From positions 1,860,001-1,924,000 of the forward strand of contig JAWMAR010000214.1 of assembly GCA_036785375.1 (NCBI GenBank): a stretch of DNA of 64,000 nt, written 5' to 3'. The DNA is from Leucoraja ocellata. Its lineage: Eukaryota. Positions 38,472-52,069 of the stretch are shown here, one piece after another (positions within the stretch are counted from its first letter, which is position 1; each line of letters begins with the position of its first letter). The position numbers were made by a program, and so were the translations under genes. The notes under the pieces were generated by a model, which saw only the letters and a list, made by a program, of their open reading frames with translations, had not been told where the DNA came from and searched no databases.

Positions 38472-39193
38472 AGAGCCTGTCCCACTTGGGCGACCTAATC
38501 CACGAGTCCAGAAAAGTGTCTTCGACCTGCAAGCTCGAGGGCACTCGCCTGGAAAGCCTCGAGCTGGATCGACCGGCCGCGTTGAAACTGCGAGCTGCAT
38601 CGACCGACCTCGAGTTGCATCGACCGACACACACACACACACATCGCGAAGGTGGGGGCCATGGAAAGCAGAGGAGCGCTGTCTGCGCGATGAAGTGGAA
38701 GGTAAACGGCTGCCACAGTTACGGTAAGTCCTTTAAAGAGCGCGGTTGTGGGTGGGGGTGAGAGAGAAGGGGGGAAAAGGAGTGGAGACACTTTTAAGAA
38801 GTTTAATAAAGTTTAGCGGGCATTTTACCTACCGGTAGGTCTTCCAATTTTACCTACCGGTAGGTCACTCCAATGAAAAAATCAAAATGCCTGGTCAGTG
38901 AAGGAGATTGCCTACGGCTGCCCTCGAGTGCCTGTAAGTAAATAGCGACCCCACTCAACTGCACTATGAGTTAAAAAGACCCATGTGGACCATTTTACTC
39001 GTGGAAAAATTTTCAATATACTGAAATATTTTCCGCGACATCGCTGAGGCCACGAGTATTCGGGAATTTCCCTCGAGCATGAACGACAGTTCCAGCCACC
39101 TCCTAGGACCTCGTGTCGACCATGCTGCGATTTAAAGTCCAGGGCAAACTCTTCTAAACTCGCAGCTTAAGTCGACCAAGTGGGACAGGCCCT
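38472..39193. mobile_element. Harbinger MITE
   Basis: TIR ag(a/g)gcctgtcccacttgg; TAA TSD confirmed by the empty site gaccagTAAatagg near 14450. Confidence 0.92.
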
Positions 39194-40502
39194 TAAATAG
39201 GACCCACACAAATGTAAAACTTTAAGGTGTATTTGTTATTTTGTTGTTTTGTAGATGTGCACAAAATCACATTTTTACAATGTAAAAAAAAAACTAATTT
39301 CAGAGAGTGAATGTGCACTTGCCTGCTAGGAATTAACATGCAAAGAATAAATGTGCCATTTTGCCAAGCAGAACTGATATTCTGTTGTTTACTTTACTCT
39401 GAGGCAGCTCTAGCTTCACTCAGCATTGTTCAATGGTGTCTTAATAATTATTTTTTGTGATCATATCTCTTCATGAGTAGGTTGTGTATTTCAGTTGAGA
39501 GTAAGTATAGGAGTTCTGTATTTGGTCACATGACTGTTTAAAGTACAGAACCTGGTAAGGAATGATCAAGAGCAGGGAGATTAAATGAGGGGAAGAAAAG
39601 ACACAGGAATGGTCCTGACTAAAAACGTCAACTATCCATGTTCTCCAGAGATGTTGCCTGACCTGCTGAGTTACACCAGCAACTTGTGTCTTTTTTTGGA
39701 AACCAGCATCTGCAGTTCTTTGTTTCTAGTTCAAGAAATTAAATGGGAAATTGGTTCAAATTAGTCTATTAGAAGTTGCAAGAAGGCAAAATAGGTGTGC
39801 CCCTGCCTTAGAGAGAATGTATAAACATTGGACTCAAAAATGGAAATAAAACAGGAATATGTGAAATTGGGAAGCATATTTAACTATCTTTGAAAGGAAA
39901 TGTTTAAATATAAACACGTTACTTTGATGAAGTGTTACTACAATGGCAGTGAAACTAAATATTTTGTATGGAACTTACACTCTGTAATGATGACCATAAA
40001 ACAAATGGATTTTCCTCAATATCCACATCGTTCACTAATATTCTTCAGGAGAAGACATCATCTATCCCTACCGGGACTGGCATACATTTGACTCAGACCA
40101 TACACCTGTTAACAATTAGCTGCTGACTATAAAGTCTCAGCAAATTATTCAGTTGTTGAGTAAAATAGAATAAAGACATTCACCGGACAAATTTCAGTTC
40201 AATCATCAGTTTTAAGTATGTTCAATAGTGAGTTCAATAAACGAAGGGTCCTGACCCAAATTCATAATCGCTTTGTCTCACACCTTCTGTCTTTTCATCT
40301 CTGGCCTTTGTCCAACTATCTGTCTATCATGTGGCATGTTCACCTGACAGGCTGAGTTGCTCCAGCACTTTGTGTCTTTTTGTGTGAACCAGCATCTGCA
40401 GTTCCTTGTTTCTACACTGCATGAGTGCATTTTGGGGACTGGGCAATTGCTTTGGCTAGGATGAAGGAGAAAATATGAGATAAATGCATCCAAAGCTTCT
40501 TT

Positions 40503-40697
40503 GTGTGAGAAGGAACTGTAGATGCTGGTTTCAACCGAAGATAGACACAAAAAGCTGGAGTAACTCAGCGGGACAGGCAGCATCTCTGCAGAGAAGGAAT
40601 GGGTGACGTTTCGGGTCGGAAGAAGGCCCGAAACACACGACCTGAAACATCACCAATTCCTTCTCCAGAGATGCTGCCTGTCCCAATTACTCCTGCG
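40503..40697. repeat. palindromic head-to-head Penelope pLTR-derived repeat
   Basis: Arm gggacaggcagcatctctg...gacgtttcgggtcg is mirrored by cgacctgaaacatc...cagagatgctgcctgtccc. Confidence 0.75.
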
Positions 40698-40709
40698 GGT
40701 GGAGACGGA

Positions 40710-40892
40710 GCAGAGAGAGAAGGGGGAGAGAAGGAAGGGAGAGAGGGGGGGGGAGGGGAAGAGAGAGGAGGAGATAGAGAAGAGTGGAGAGAGAGAAGGG
40801 GGAAGAGAGAGAAGGGAGGGAGTGAGGAGGGGAAGAGAGAGGAGAGAGAGAAGAGTGGAGAGAGAAGAGGGGAGAGAGAAGGAAGAAAGAGG
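40710..40892. repeat. polypurine (GA-rich) low-complexity tract
   Basis: About 180 bp consisting almost only of G and A. Confidence 0.9.
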
Positions 40893-41431
40893 AGCGTGTG
40901 GTTCATTTACCCACACAAGCCATAGGTGACTGGGCAATCTGAACTCAAGCACCAAGTTGAAAGCGGCCGAAGATGTACAGCCCCCACGCTCCCACGGCCA
41001 CCCTCCGCGGGCTGCGGGTCAGGTGGAGCGGAGGTTTAGGACAATGTTCATGCCTTCACAGTGATGTGATGGACACGGGGGTCTGGACCAATCGCTGACA
41101 AGTCCCGCCCCCCCGGCAACGTCAAGTCCATTATTGGACTTTTCTGTTGAGTGGCATTCGGTCCTTTGGCCTGGAGGTGACGCCGCCTTTCGACAGCGGC
41201 CATTCGGTAAGTTTGCTTTTAGGCGACGCAGCTTTTCGGTTCCTTGGGTTTTAGGCGTCCCGCCCTTTCGGTTAGTTTGCATTTAGGCCTCCTATCCTTT
41301 CGGTTCGTAGGCGTTTCGTCTTCGGACTCTTTCGGTTTATTGTCGTTTCGGCCTCGTTTCCATTCCGTTCTTTGGCTTCGACTTCTTTGCTTCGGCCCCT
41401 TAGTCCCCTTTATTCAACTGTAATACTGACA

Positions 41432-42228
41432 CCTCCCTTTTCCCTATCCAATTGTAGATTAAACTTGACTATGGTCACTACCCCCTGATGGCTCATTAAC
41501 CTCAAGTTCCTTTATCAAATCTGGTTCATTACATAACACTAAATCCAGAATTACCCTGTCCCTGGTAGACTCCAACACAGCTGCTCTAAGAATCCATCAG
41601 GAAGGCACTCTGCAAAGTCATTTTCTTGGGATCCACTACCAACCTGATTTTCCCAGTCTACCTGCGTATTGAAATCTCCCATAACAACTACAGCATTACC
41701 TTTAATACATGCCAATTTTAACTCCTGATTCAACTTGCATGTCCAGGCTACTGTTTGGGGGCCTGTAGATTAGTCCCATTAGGGTCTTTTTACGCTTACA
41801 ATTTCTTAGTTCTATCCATACTGACTCCACATCTCCTTTTTCAATGTCACCCCTTGCAATGAACTGAATTTCATTCCTCACCAACAGAGCTACCCCACCC
41901 TCTCTGTCCACTTGTCTGTCTTTTTGATAGGTGCTATACCCTTGGATATTCAGTTCCCAGCCCTGGCCCTCTTGCAGCCATGTCTCTTTATTAATCAAGA
42001 ATCTGTGAAAATTACCTCCGTAAAAATATCCATTGACTTGGCCTGCACATCCTTCTGCGGCAATGAATTCCATAGATTCACCACTCTTTGACTAAAGAAA
42101 TTCACTCTATCCAGGCCTGTCACTATTCAGTAAGTTTCAATGAGGTTCCCCCTCAACCTTCTAAATTCCAGCGAATACAGGCCCAGTGCCTTCTAATGCT
42201 CATCATATGTTAACCCAATCATTCCTGG
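41432..42228 (-). mobile_element. CR1 fragments (APE domain plus 3' portion)
   Basis: ETWLQEGQGWELNIQGY, GGVALLV, YRPPNS and MGDFN motifs. Confidence 0.85.
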
Positions 42229-42584
42229 TGGAGAATCAATTTTAGACATTTTTCATCTCTTTCTGCAGATCACAGCAATGAAGGAGGAAAGTCTATCCTG
42301 GACTGGATCTCACGGAGCCAATGAAGGGAGGGAGAAAAATACTGGGGTGAGGTTTAATACTTGCAGGGGGCTTACTTACTGATGGGCTGAAGGGACTCCT
42401 CCTGGGCTAGTACAGGCCTGATGGGTCGAAGGGGCTCTTTCAAAAAAAAAAGCTGTGAAATCTCAGTGAAAGGCACTTTTTCTGGACTTTTCCTGGCCTG
42501 CACGGGCCTTTTGCTAATACAGGCAGTTTGGGCCAAAGGGACTGGTTTCTCGGCTAATTCGGGGCCGAAATTAGTGGTTTCAGG

Positions 42585-43225
42585 CAGGCCAAACAACTTT
42601 TCATTTCCATTTCAATTTCAAGCACAGGGCAGGCCAAACAGCTCATTGCATTTTCAAGTCAAGTCAAGTTTATTCATCACATACATATATGAGATGTGCA
42701 GTGAAATGAAAAGTGGCAATGCTCGTGGACTTTGTGCAAAAAGACAAACAAACAAACAACCAAACAAACTACAAACAGAATCACATTCTTTTACATACTA
42801 AATATTGTGGGTGGAAGGAAAAAAGTTCAGTAAAGTTAGTCCCTGGTGAGATAGGAGTTTACAGTCCGAATGGCCTCTGGGAAGAAACTCCTTCTCAACC
42901 TCTCCATTCTCACAGCATGGCAACTCTTTGACTGACCGTAGCAGCTGGAACAGTCCGTTGCAGGGGTGGAAGGGGTCTCCCATGATTTTATTGGCCAGGC
43001 CAAACAGCTTATTGCATTTTCATTTCATTTCCATTTACATTGCAGTTTCAAGCACTGGGCAGGTCAAACAGCTCATTGCATTTTCATTTCCATTGCCATT
43101 GCAGTTTCAAGCACAGGGCAGGCCAAACAACTCATTTCATTTTCATTTCATTTCTATTGCCATTCCAGTTTCAAGCACAGGGCAAGCCAAACAACTAATT
43201 TCATTTTCATTAAGGGCTAACAAAT
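42585..43225. repeat. ~50-bp minisatellite (caggccaaacagctcattgcattttc...) split by a Rex1-type tail at 42655-42990
   Basis: About 6-7 degenerate units containing ggccaaacagctcatt and gtttcaagcacagggc. Confidence 0.8.
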
Positions 43226-44682
43226 CATTTATTGCAAGTACATTGCAGACTCACAGTTCAGTTGATTCAGCTTAGAATGAGAGTAGTGGCTTCTCCCTCA
43301 TGAACTTGCAGAGTGACTGAGTCACATCCAGGCATCCGGGGTTTTATAGTTCCCCCGGAAGGGGCATTACCTTCATCGCGCTGATTGACATGTGAGAGGA
43401 TCTCAAGGTTTTTTAAACACTCATAACTTTTTTATTTTTCATCGATGGGAAAAATTCTCGGAGCCTGCTCAGCGGAGGAGGACTACGAGTAAGATGGCAA
43501 AAAATCATAGCGATATATGGTAGCGTTTTTTCTAAAATCAATATAAAGCGCAGACAGGAAGTGGTCAAGATGACACTTTTAATTATATAGATATATATCA
43601 TCCAGCGATCATTAGAGCCTGGTCACCTGGGAAAGGAAAAGCTAGTTTGAATTTTAAGCATAAATGTTAAATAATGAATGCTGGTGAACTTGAGAAAGCT
43701 GAATAGTTCCTGCAAGAGAATTAAAACCACAAAATTGCTAATGTGGCTGCCTAGGACTACTACCATTACCTGGCTGATGTTCCAGGATAAATATAAAGTG
43801 GGAATTAACATTACTTTCCATACCCCATGTTTCATTTACATCTTACTGAGCCTCAGCTTTCAAAGTATAACTGAGAGTAGCACACATGGTGATACAGTAA
43901 TATTGAATGGTCCTTCAGGAATTTGAGCACAGAATGTAGGCTGATCGCCTGATCATCCAACATAGAACTAAAGAATTGCTTGACATTGATTCTTTTGGAG
44001 AAAATCAATATTCCTCGAGACCTGCTGTGAATTGTACCATTTAAAATGACTTTCTTCATTTCACTAGAGCGATGTAAGATTTGCGGTTTTGGTTGTAACA
44101 TTACATTTTGGTATTTGACATTCACACAAATATAAGATTCAATCCTTTATGACCATTTTGATCACAAAATTCTTCATCACCCTCCGTCAACCCAACAATA
44201 TTCCATCTAAAATGTTGAGAATGGTGCCTAATCCAACCACTGGAACAGGAATTCATTCTTCATGTTTGTCTTGCTTTATAAAGCTTGTCATTAATCTGGG
44301 TGGCCAAATATCAGACTCTCTCAATAGAGGGATTTATATGATATATGGTCACAGGTACACGATAATTTTCAATACCACCCTCAGATTGCCCTTTTCTCAT
44401 GAGAACAGTTCTCACTTTTCATTTGTCTCGCCTTTCACAAGGCAATATCCAAAGTGTGTAATAACTATATTATTGGACGAACATGCAGAGATTGGCAATA
44501 TTATTCCACTGTTTCAAATCCCTCATCGTGGCAGTTTAGGAATTTAATTGGGAAAGGAATTTAGTAATGGCTACCTTGAAACTACAAGCCTATTATTAAA
44601 AACCTAGGTGGTTTATTAACATAAAGAAGGAATTATGCTGTCCTTGCCCTGCCCATGTGGCTGCAGTTCGACCTATGTAGTT

Positions 44683-44937
44683 TACTTAGTTTTAGAGATA
44701 CAGCGGGGAAACAAGTCCTTCGGCCCACCGGGTCCACGCTGACCAGCGACACCACATATTAACACTATTCTACACATACTAGGGACAATTTACATTTATA
44801 GAAAGCCAATTAACCTACAAACCTGTACGTCTTTGGAGGGAAACCGAAGATCTCGGAGAAAACCCACACGGGGAGAACATACAAACTCTGTACGGACATC
44901 ATCCGTAGTCGGGATCGAACCTGGGACTCTGGCGCCA
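44683..44937 (-). mobile_element. HE1-like V-SINE
   Basis: Matches 13784-14092; B box gggatcgaacc on the + strand. Confidence 0.85.
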
Positions 44938-44989
44938 AAATCTAACTCCCTCTAATCCAACCACTGGCTACAGAAATTCATTCTTCATA

Positions 44990-45630
44990 GTTGTCAGGAG
45001 CAGGGAGGTTCTACTGCAGTTGTCCAGGGTTTTGGTGAGACCACACCTGGAGTATTGCGTACAGTTTTGGTCTCCTAATATGAGGAAGGACATTCTTGCC
45101 ATAGAGGGAGTACAGAGAAGGTTCACCAGACTGATTCCTGGGATGTCAGGATTTTCATATGAAGAAAGACTGGATAGACTCGGTTTGTACTCGCTAGAAT
45201 TTAGAAGATTGAGGGGGGATCTTATAGAAACTTACAAAATTCTTAAGGGTTTGGACAGGCTAGATGCAGGGAGATTGTTCCCGATGTTGGGGAAGTCCAG
45301 AACAAGGGGTCACAGTTTAAGGATAAGGGGAAATCTTTTAGGACCGAGATGAGGAAAACATTTTTCACACAGAGAGTGGTGAATCTCTGGAATTCTCTGC
45401 CGCAGAAGGTAGTTGAGGCCAGTTCATTGGTTATATTTAAGAGGGAGTTAGATGTGGCCCTTGTGGCTAAAGGGATCAGGGGGTATGGAGAGAAGGCAGG
45501 AACAGGATACTGAGTTGGATGATCAGCCATGATCATATTGAATGGCGGTGCAGGCTCGAAGGGCCGAATGGCCTACTCCTGCACCTATTTTCTATGTTTC
45601 ATAGATAGATAGATAGATAGATAGATAGAT
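44990..45630 (+). mobile_element. well-preserved CR1/HER1 3' fragment followed by an (ATAG)n microsatellite
   Basis: LVRPHLEYCVQFWSP...LRGDLIETYKILKG; (atag)7 at 45601-45630. Confidence 0.92.
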
Positions 45631-46448
45631 CCGAAGTGCTGAAGGTAATGTCTTGTGAACATATCTGACTAACACTTGGCTCCTTAACCTTAGCGTGCCC
45701 AATTCTGTAACTGATCACTGATTGTCCACTTCTGTGCCATTTTTGATTGACATCAGTCAACAGCCCATCTTCAACATTGGCTTGATAAACACATGGATAC
45801 TCTGGATTACGTAGCAGAGGAGATTAACTTGGCATCATATTTCACACAGACATTGTGAGCAGATGAGCCGGTTTCTGTGCTGTACTGTTCAAACTGTTCT
45901 ATGTGCCATGACTGAAGTGTGAAACAAGGTCCATGCAAGACAGTGATTCCCAATGCACATTACTTACCTGTAATGTAGGACTTGGAAATCAATCTAACAT
46001 TATCTATTTTACTTTCTGCCTCTATTTACAAACGACAGGTACAGATGTGATTTTTGTTATCCAACTACATAGCCCTGTGTTTCAGGATTTCTTTTAGAAT
46101 TGTACCACCTTGTTTAATTTTCATTTCCTTAATTTGCGTTAGAAATGCTATTCTGCATGAGTGTTACTGGACAAGATCAAGAGGAGAATTGCCAGTTTGA
46201 AACCTAATCTAAAATCATAGTAAGTCAGAGCTGGGTTAGTTTAAGTATAAATGACAAGGAAGATGAGGATTTCAAAATAATGATTTGATTAAATGCTAAT
46301 TAACTAAGTTAGAGCGAATAGTCATGAAATATAAGTATAATCAGTTAGTTATGATCAATATAGGAAGAATTTCACCCACCTAAACTATATATTTGATCTG
46401 ACTATATTAACTTTTAATTTTGTTTTGCATGTGTAGCTCCCTCTACAG

Positions 46449-46560
46449 ACTATAGTAGAAGAACTGATGGTGAAATATTCTTATTAATCTTTATGCCATG
46501 ACAGCAGTTATTTCGAGAGCTACTCGCTCTATCAACATTGGCCTTCACAATCATGACCAT
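46449..46560 (+). pseudogene. pseudo-exon copy of acad9 exon 16
   Basis: Acceptor retained; 3-nt and 11-nt deletions (frameshift); a 13-nt deletion between CAT repeats removes the donor site. Confidence 0.93.
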
Positions 46561-48535
46561 ACTACCTAGGCAATTAAAATTACGCCCATTAAATCTGCAG
46601 CAAATCTAAATCTAAATTATTTTGCACTACCGAAGTCATGAAACCAAAATACTGTTTTTATTAACGACATTAAATATTTAAAGTAATGATATAGAAGTTT
46701 AAATTAACAACTGTGTTCAATGAAAATAACAGAGGCAATAAATTGTAAGTGCTGCTGCAATTCGTTTGCCCAGTAGTGAAACAAATATGATTATTGCATA
46801 GAACAAAAAACAAAAGGCTGGACAACCTCGGCACAGGGAATGGGCTTTCCCGTCATAGATGCTGTCTAACCCACTGAGTTCTACCAGCACTTTGACTTTT
46901 GATCAGGACCAGCTCCCGCAGTTTCTTATTGATCCATGATTATTTTCGGTGAGTTTTTGTTCTATGATGTATTTTTTAAGCGGCTTATCTCACAATGTAT
47001 ATATTTCCATACTTCTAATGAAAAGGGAGTTGTAATTATTTCTGCCAAAGGTCATGAATCACAAAACACTGAATGGCTATTGAAAGAAAAATTAAATGAA
47101 CACTAAAATAAAATTATTAATTATGTTCAGTTTCCTTAAAGCATGTTTATTACATTCAGATCAAGGCGAGGATTTGACATTGACGATGAGGATGAACTAG
47201 TAATTGTTTACTTCAACTTTTGAAGCAGTTATGGCGTTAAACAAAGCAGCTGAAGTTTGAATTAAATCAACTCGAATGGGGAGGCGTGTGTTGTGAGTGC
47301 AAAGGTTGTAGGAGTGACTAGAGGAATTTGATTGCCACGCAGAGCTTAGGTCTGCTTGGTGAAAGAGCAACACCAGTGCAGCTCACACGACGGAGACTAT
47401 TGATATTGTACAGTGCTGGAGCTTCCGTTCGGAAGAATTTCGAAACACTTCCAGAGACAGCAGATTATGTGATAGCTGTTGTTTCAAGAAGCAATTTGTG
47501 GTATAAACAAATGCTACATTTGAATGACATTTATTCCAGCAATCAACACAGAGACGGGGAAAGCATTGCTCAGTGTCACAAGATGCATCACGTTTCTGAG
47601 GGTTGCAACTATGGGGCTGAGTTGGACAATCAAATCAGGGATCAAGTTGTATAAAGTTGCAAATCAAATGACTTAAGATGCAAGTTGTTGGAGAAAGGTG
47701 ACATGCTAACATTAGAGGAAACATTGAAAATTGCCTGTTCATTTGAAACCATAGAAACCCAGTTTCAGACCATGAGATTGGATGGAGGAAGCCAAGTTGA
47801 CAAGATGACATTCGCTGGCACTCAGGACATGAACATGGTATGGGTCATTCCAAAGCTGAAGATGACTGAATGTTTTAGATGTGGAGATTTTGGACATTTT
47901 GCTGAGGATTCATGTTGCCCTGCCTCATGCAGGACATTTAGGAGTTGTTGGAACTAAACAAAATTTCTGTACAAAGGTATGGTGCACAGGTATGTAAAAA
48001 GATGTGGAGCGACATGTGAGGTCATGCCATGGATGTCATATGGTGATAGTCCCAGCCACAACTACCTCCTCTAGCAGCTTGCTCCATACACCCATCACCC
48101 TTTGTTACCACTCGGATTCCAATTACATCTTTTCCCCTTCACCTTGAATCTACAGTGCCCTCCATAATGTTTGGGACAAAGACCCATTGTTTATTTATTT
48201 GCCTCTGTACTCCACAATTTGAGATTTGTAAAAGAAAAAAATCACATGTGGTTAAAGTGCATATTGTCAGATTTTAATAAAATCCATTTTTATACATTTT
48301 GGTTTCACCATGTAGAAATTACAGCAGTGTTTCAACATAGTCCCCCCATTTTGGAGCACCATTATGTTTGGGACACAGCAATGTCATGTAAATGAAAGTA
48401 GTCATGTTTAGTATTTTGTTGCATATCCTTTGCATGCAATGACTGCTTGAAGTCTGCGATTCATGGACATCACTAGTTGCTGGGTGTCTTCTCTGGTGAT
48501 GCTCTGCCAGGCCTGTATTGCAGCCATTTCCAGCT

Positions 48536-51153
48536 ATCGGGGCGTCATTTACTCCGAGCGGACAGGACATCAGACTCTGGTAAGACCAGAGGGGGGGTCT
48601 GTGCATTTATGTAAACAAAGCATGGTGCACGGACTCCACCATCATCGAGAGTCACTGCTCAGCTAACCTTGAGTTCCTCTTGGTTAGATGCAGACCGTTC
48701 TATCTGCCCAGAGAGTTCACCTCCACTGTTGTGACTGCAGCCTATATCCCTCCTGATGCTAATGCCAAGCTTGCAATGAAAGAGCTGCATACTGCCATTA
48801 GCAAACAACAGACGCACAACCCCGAGGCAGCCTTCATTGTTGCGGGTGACTTCAATCACTCCAACCTGAAGACTGTACTCCCCAAATTCCACCAACATGT
48901 ATCCTTCCCCACTAGAGTAGACAAGACACTGGACAAAGTCTACACCAACATGGCTGAAGCTTACAAAGCCATCCCCCTCCCCCACCTTGGTCAGTCTGAT
49001 CACGTCTCATTGTTCCTGCTCCCTAAGTACTCCCCACTCATCAGACGGGTTAAACCAACTGTAAGGACAGTTAAAGTCTGGTCAGAGGAAGCGGACTTCA
49101 CACTTCAGCGGTGTTTTGGAAACACTGACTGGAAGGCGTTTGCAGCCCAGGCCACCCTTGACTCCCACACGGACATTGATTCCTACACATCCTCTGTTCT
49201 GGACTTTATAAACTCCACCATCAATAGTGTCACCTCCCTCAAACAGGTGACCATATACCCGAATCAGAAGCCATGGATGAACAGCGAGGTCAGGCTACTG
49301 CTGAAAGCACGGGACACCGCTTTCAGGTCAGGCGATGCTCGAGCCTACAGTTCATCCAGGGCTAACCTGAAGAGGGGCATCAGGAAGGCCAAGCACTGCC
49401 ATAAGCTCAGGATTGAGGAGCACTTCAACAATAACTCCGACCCCCGACGCATGTGGCAAGGCATCCAGGCCATCACGGACTACAGACCCTCCAACATCAC
49501 CCCCACATCCAGCGACGCCTCCTTCCTTGAGGAGCTTAATCACTTCTATGGCCGCTTCGACAGGGACAATCTAGAGACAGCCATCAAGGCTGTGCTACCT
49601 GCCGATCACCAACCCCTCACACTCACCCCCTACGACGTGTACGTGGCACTGAGTAGGACTAATGCACGTAAGGCTGCTGGCCCTGACGGCATCCCCGGGC
49701 GCGTGCTCAGGGCCTGTGCTGCGCAGCTGACAGACGTCTGGACTGACATCTTCAACCTGTCACTTGCCCAAGCAGTTGTCCCCACTTGCCTTAAAGCCAC
49801 CTCCATCGTGCCAGTGCCAAAACACTCCACTGCGGCAAGCCTCAACGACTTCCGCCCAGTTGCACTTACCCCCATCATCACCAAGTGCTTCGAGAGGCTG
49901 GTCCTGGCACACCTCAAAAGCTGCCTACCCCCCACACTGGATCCCTATCAGTTTGCCTACCGCAAGAACAGGAGTACGGAGGATGCCATCTCAACGGCAC
50001 TTCACTCCGCCCTCTCCCACCTCGACAACAGAGACACTTACGTAAGAATGCTGTTCATCGATTACAGCTCAGCATTCAACACCATTATTCCATCAAAACT
50101 GATCACCAAACTCGGTAACCTGGGCATCGACCCCTCCCTCTGCAACTGGATACTGGACTTTCTAACCAACAGACCCCAGTCTGTGAGGTTAGACAAGCAC
50201 ACCTCTTCAACCCTCACCCTGAACACCGGCGTTCCTCAGGGCTGTGTGCTGAGCCCCCTCCTCTACTCCCTCTTCACCTATGACTGCACACCTGTACATG
50301 GTACTAACACCATCATCAAGTATGCAGATGATACAACGGTGATTGGCCTCATCAGCAACAACGATGAGCTGGCCTACAGGGAGGAGGTCCAGCACTTAGC
50401 AGCATGGTGCGCTGACAACAACCTGGCCCTTAACTCCAAGGAGCTCATTGTAGACTTCAGGAAGTCCAGAGGCGGCACGCACACCCCCATCCACATTAAC
50501 GGGACGGAGGTGGAATGTGTTTCTAGCTTCAGGTTCCCGGGAGTCAACATCTCCGATGACCTCTCTTGGACCCACAATACCTCTACTCTGATCAAGAAGG
50601 CTCATCAGCGTCTCTTCTTCCTGAGGAGACTGAAGAAGGTCTATCTGTCTCCTCAGATCCTGGTGAACTTCTACCGCTGCACCATCGAGAGCATCCTTAC
50701 CAACTGCATCACAGTATGGTATGGCAACTGCTCTGTCTCCGACCGGAAGGCATTGCAGAGGGTGGTGAAAATTGCCCAACGCATCACCGGTTCCACGCTC
50801 CCCTCCATTGAGTCTGTCCAAAGCAAGCGCTGTCTGCGGAGGGCGCTCAGCATCGCCAAGGACTGCTCTCACCCCAACCATGGACTGTTTACCCTCCTAC
50901 CATCCGGGAGGCGCTACAGGTCTCTCCGTTGCCGAACCAGCAGGTCGAGGAACAGCTTCTTTCCGGCGGCTGTCACTCTACTCAACAACGTACCTCGGTG
51001 ACTGCCAATCACCACCCCCCCCCCGGACACTTATTATTATTTATTCATTCAAATCGTTTGCTATGTCGCTCTTCAAGGGAGATGCTAAATGCATTTAGTT
51101 GTCTCTGTACTGTACACTGACAATGACAATTAAATTGAATCTGAATCTGAATC
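48536..51153 (+). mobile_element. young 5'-truncated Rex1/Babar LINE with an open 773-aa APE-RT frame (48680-51001)
   Basis: RPFYLPREF, YIPP, AGDFNH, SDH (APE); [29 protein letters not shown] (RT); (TGAATC)n tail. Confidence 0.95.
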
Positions 51154-51319
51154 TTATGCTCTTTTTGGGGGCTAGTCCCCTTCAGTTTTCTCTTCAGCAT
51201 ATAAAAGGCATGCTCAATTGGGTTCAGATCGGGTGATTGACTTGGCCGCTCAAGAATTGATCATTTTGTAGCTTTGAAAAACTCCTTTGTTGCTTTTGCA
51301 GTATGTTTGGGGTCATTGT

Positions 51320-52069
51320 TACCATCAAGGGCACCGCACGATTGGCAGCCCCGCCAACAGCCTGTCTACTTTTTCATCTTTTTTTTAATTTTTAGTGAGT
51401 GTTAAAAGTCTGTGTAAATATTTTTCGGTTTGTTTAACGTGGGGGGAGGGGGAAGGGGTCGGGGGAAACTTTATTTCCGTCTCTTACCTTGCCGGAGTTG
51501 CGATTAATTTTCGTATGGCATTCTCTGGTCACTCTGTGACCTACCATCGATGGAGCTGGAGGCCTCCTCGGACTGACCTTGGGCCCCACCACGGGACGTA
51601 GACTTCACATCGGGGTCAATCCCTTGCCTGCGATCGCTCCAATTGCGGCCTGTGGATTGTACATCGGGAGCTTGCAGTCTCGAGAGAGAGGCCGTGGATG
51701 TCGGGTGCTCCAATATCGCGGAAGGTTCGACCTGCCCCGACGCGGGGTTCGATTGTCCAGCGCAGGGGAGCTGACATCCCCCTGATGAAGGAGCTGATCA
51801 CCTTGATGCGGAGGGCCAGCCGCCGTCTACGGGAGTCAAAATCTTCCCGTCAACGGGGGGCTCGAGGCGCACGACTGCGGGAGAGGAAAGGGAAGAGATT
51901 GAACTTTTTTCGCCTTCCATCACAGTGAGGAATGTGGAGGAGTCACTGTGATGGATGTTTATGTTAAAATGTGTGTTCCGTTGTTTTTTATTTGTATGAC
52001 TGACTTGACAAATGAAATTCCTCGTATGTTGCAAAACGTACTTGGCTAATAAAGTATTATTGTGATTGT
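51320..52069 (+). mobile_element. ~750-bp non-coding non-autonomous retroelement, copy 1
   Basis: Interrupts the Tc1 transposase at attgt; ends aataaagtattattgtgattgt; full-length inverted homolog at 53599-54344. Confidence 0.8.

Larger units (their letters stand above)
40680..43591 (-). mobile_element. probable non-autonomous Helitron with internal simple repeats, a minisatellite and nested LINE pieces; 3' end not visible
   Basis: The 5' ~180 bp (43410-43591, A|TC start on the minus strand) is homologous to the complete Helitron at 61315-61769. The left limit is inferred. Confidence 0.5.

Noticed and set aside
40565-40955. Several ~100-aa ORFs
   Set aside because: Artefacts of a GA-rich tract lacking stop codons.
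41175-43225. CRISPR-like array
   Set aside because: Degenerate tandem units without unique spacers, in a vertebrate TE context, with no cas genes.
51781-51800. Hammerhead core ctgatga in the 750-bp element
   Set aside because: No stem II or GAAA follows, and the motif is not conserved in the second copy.
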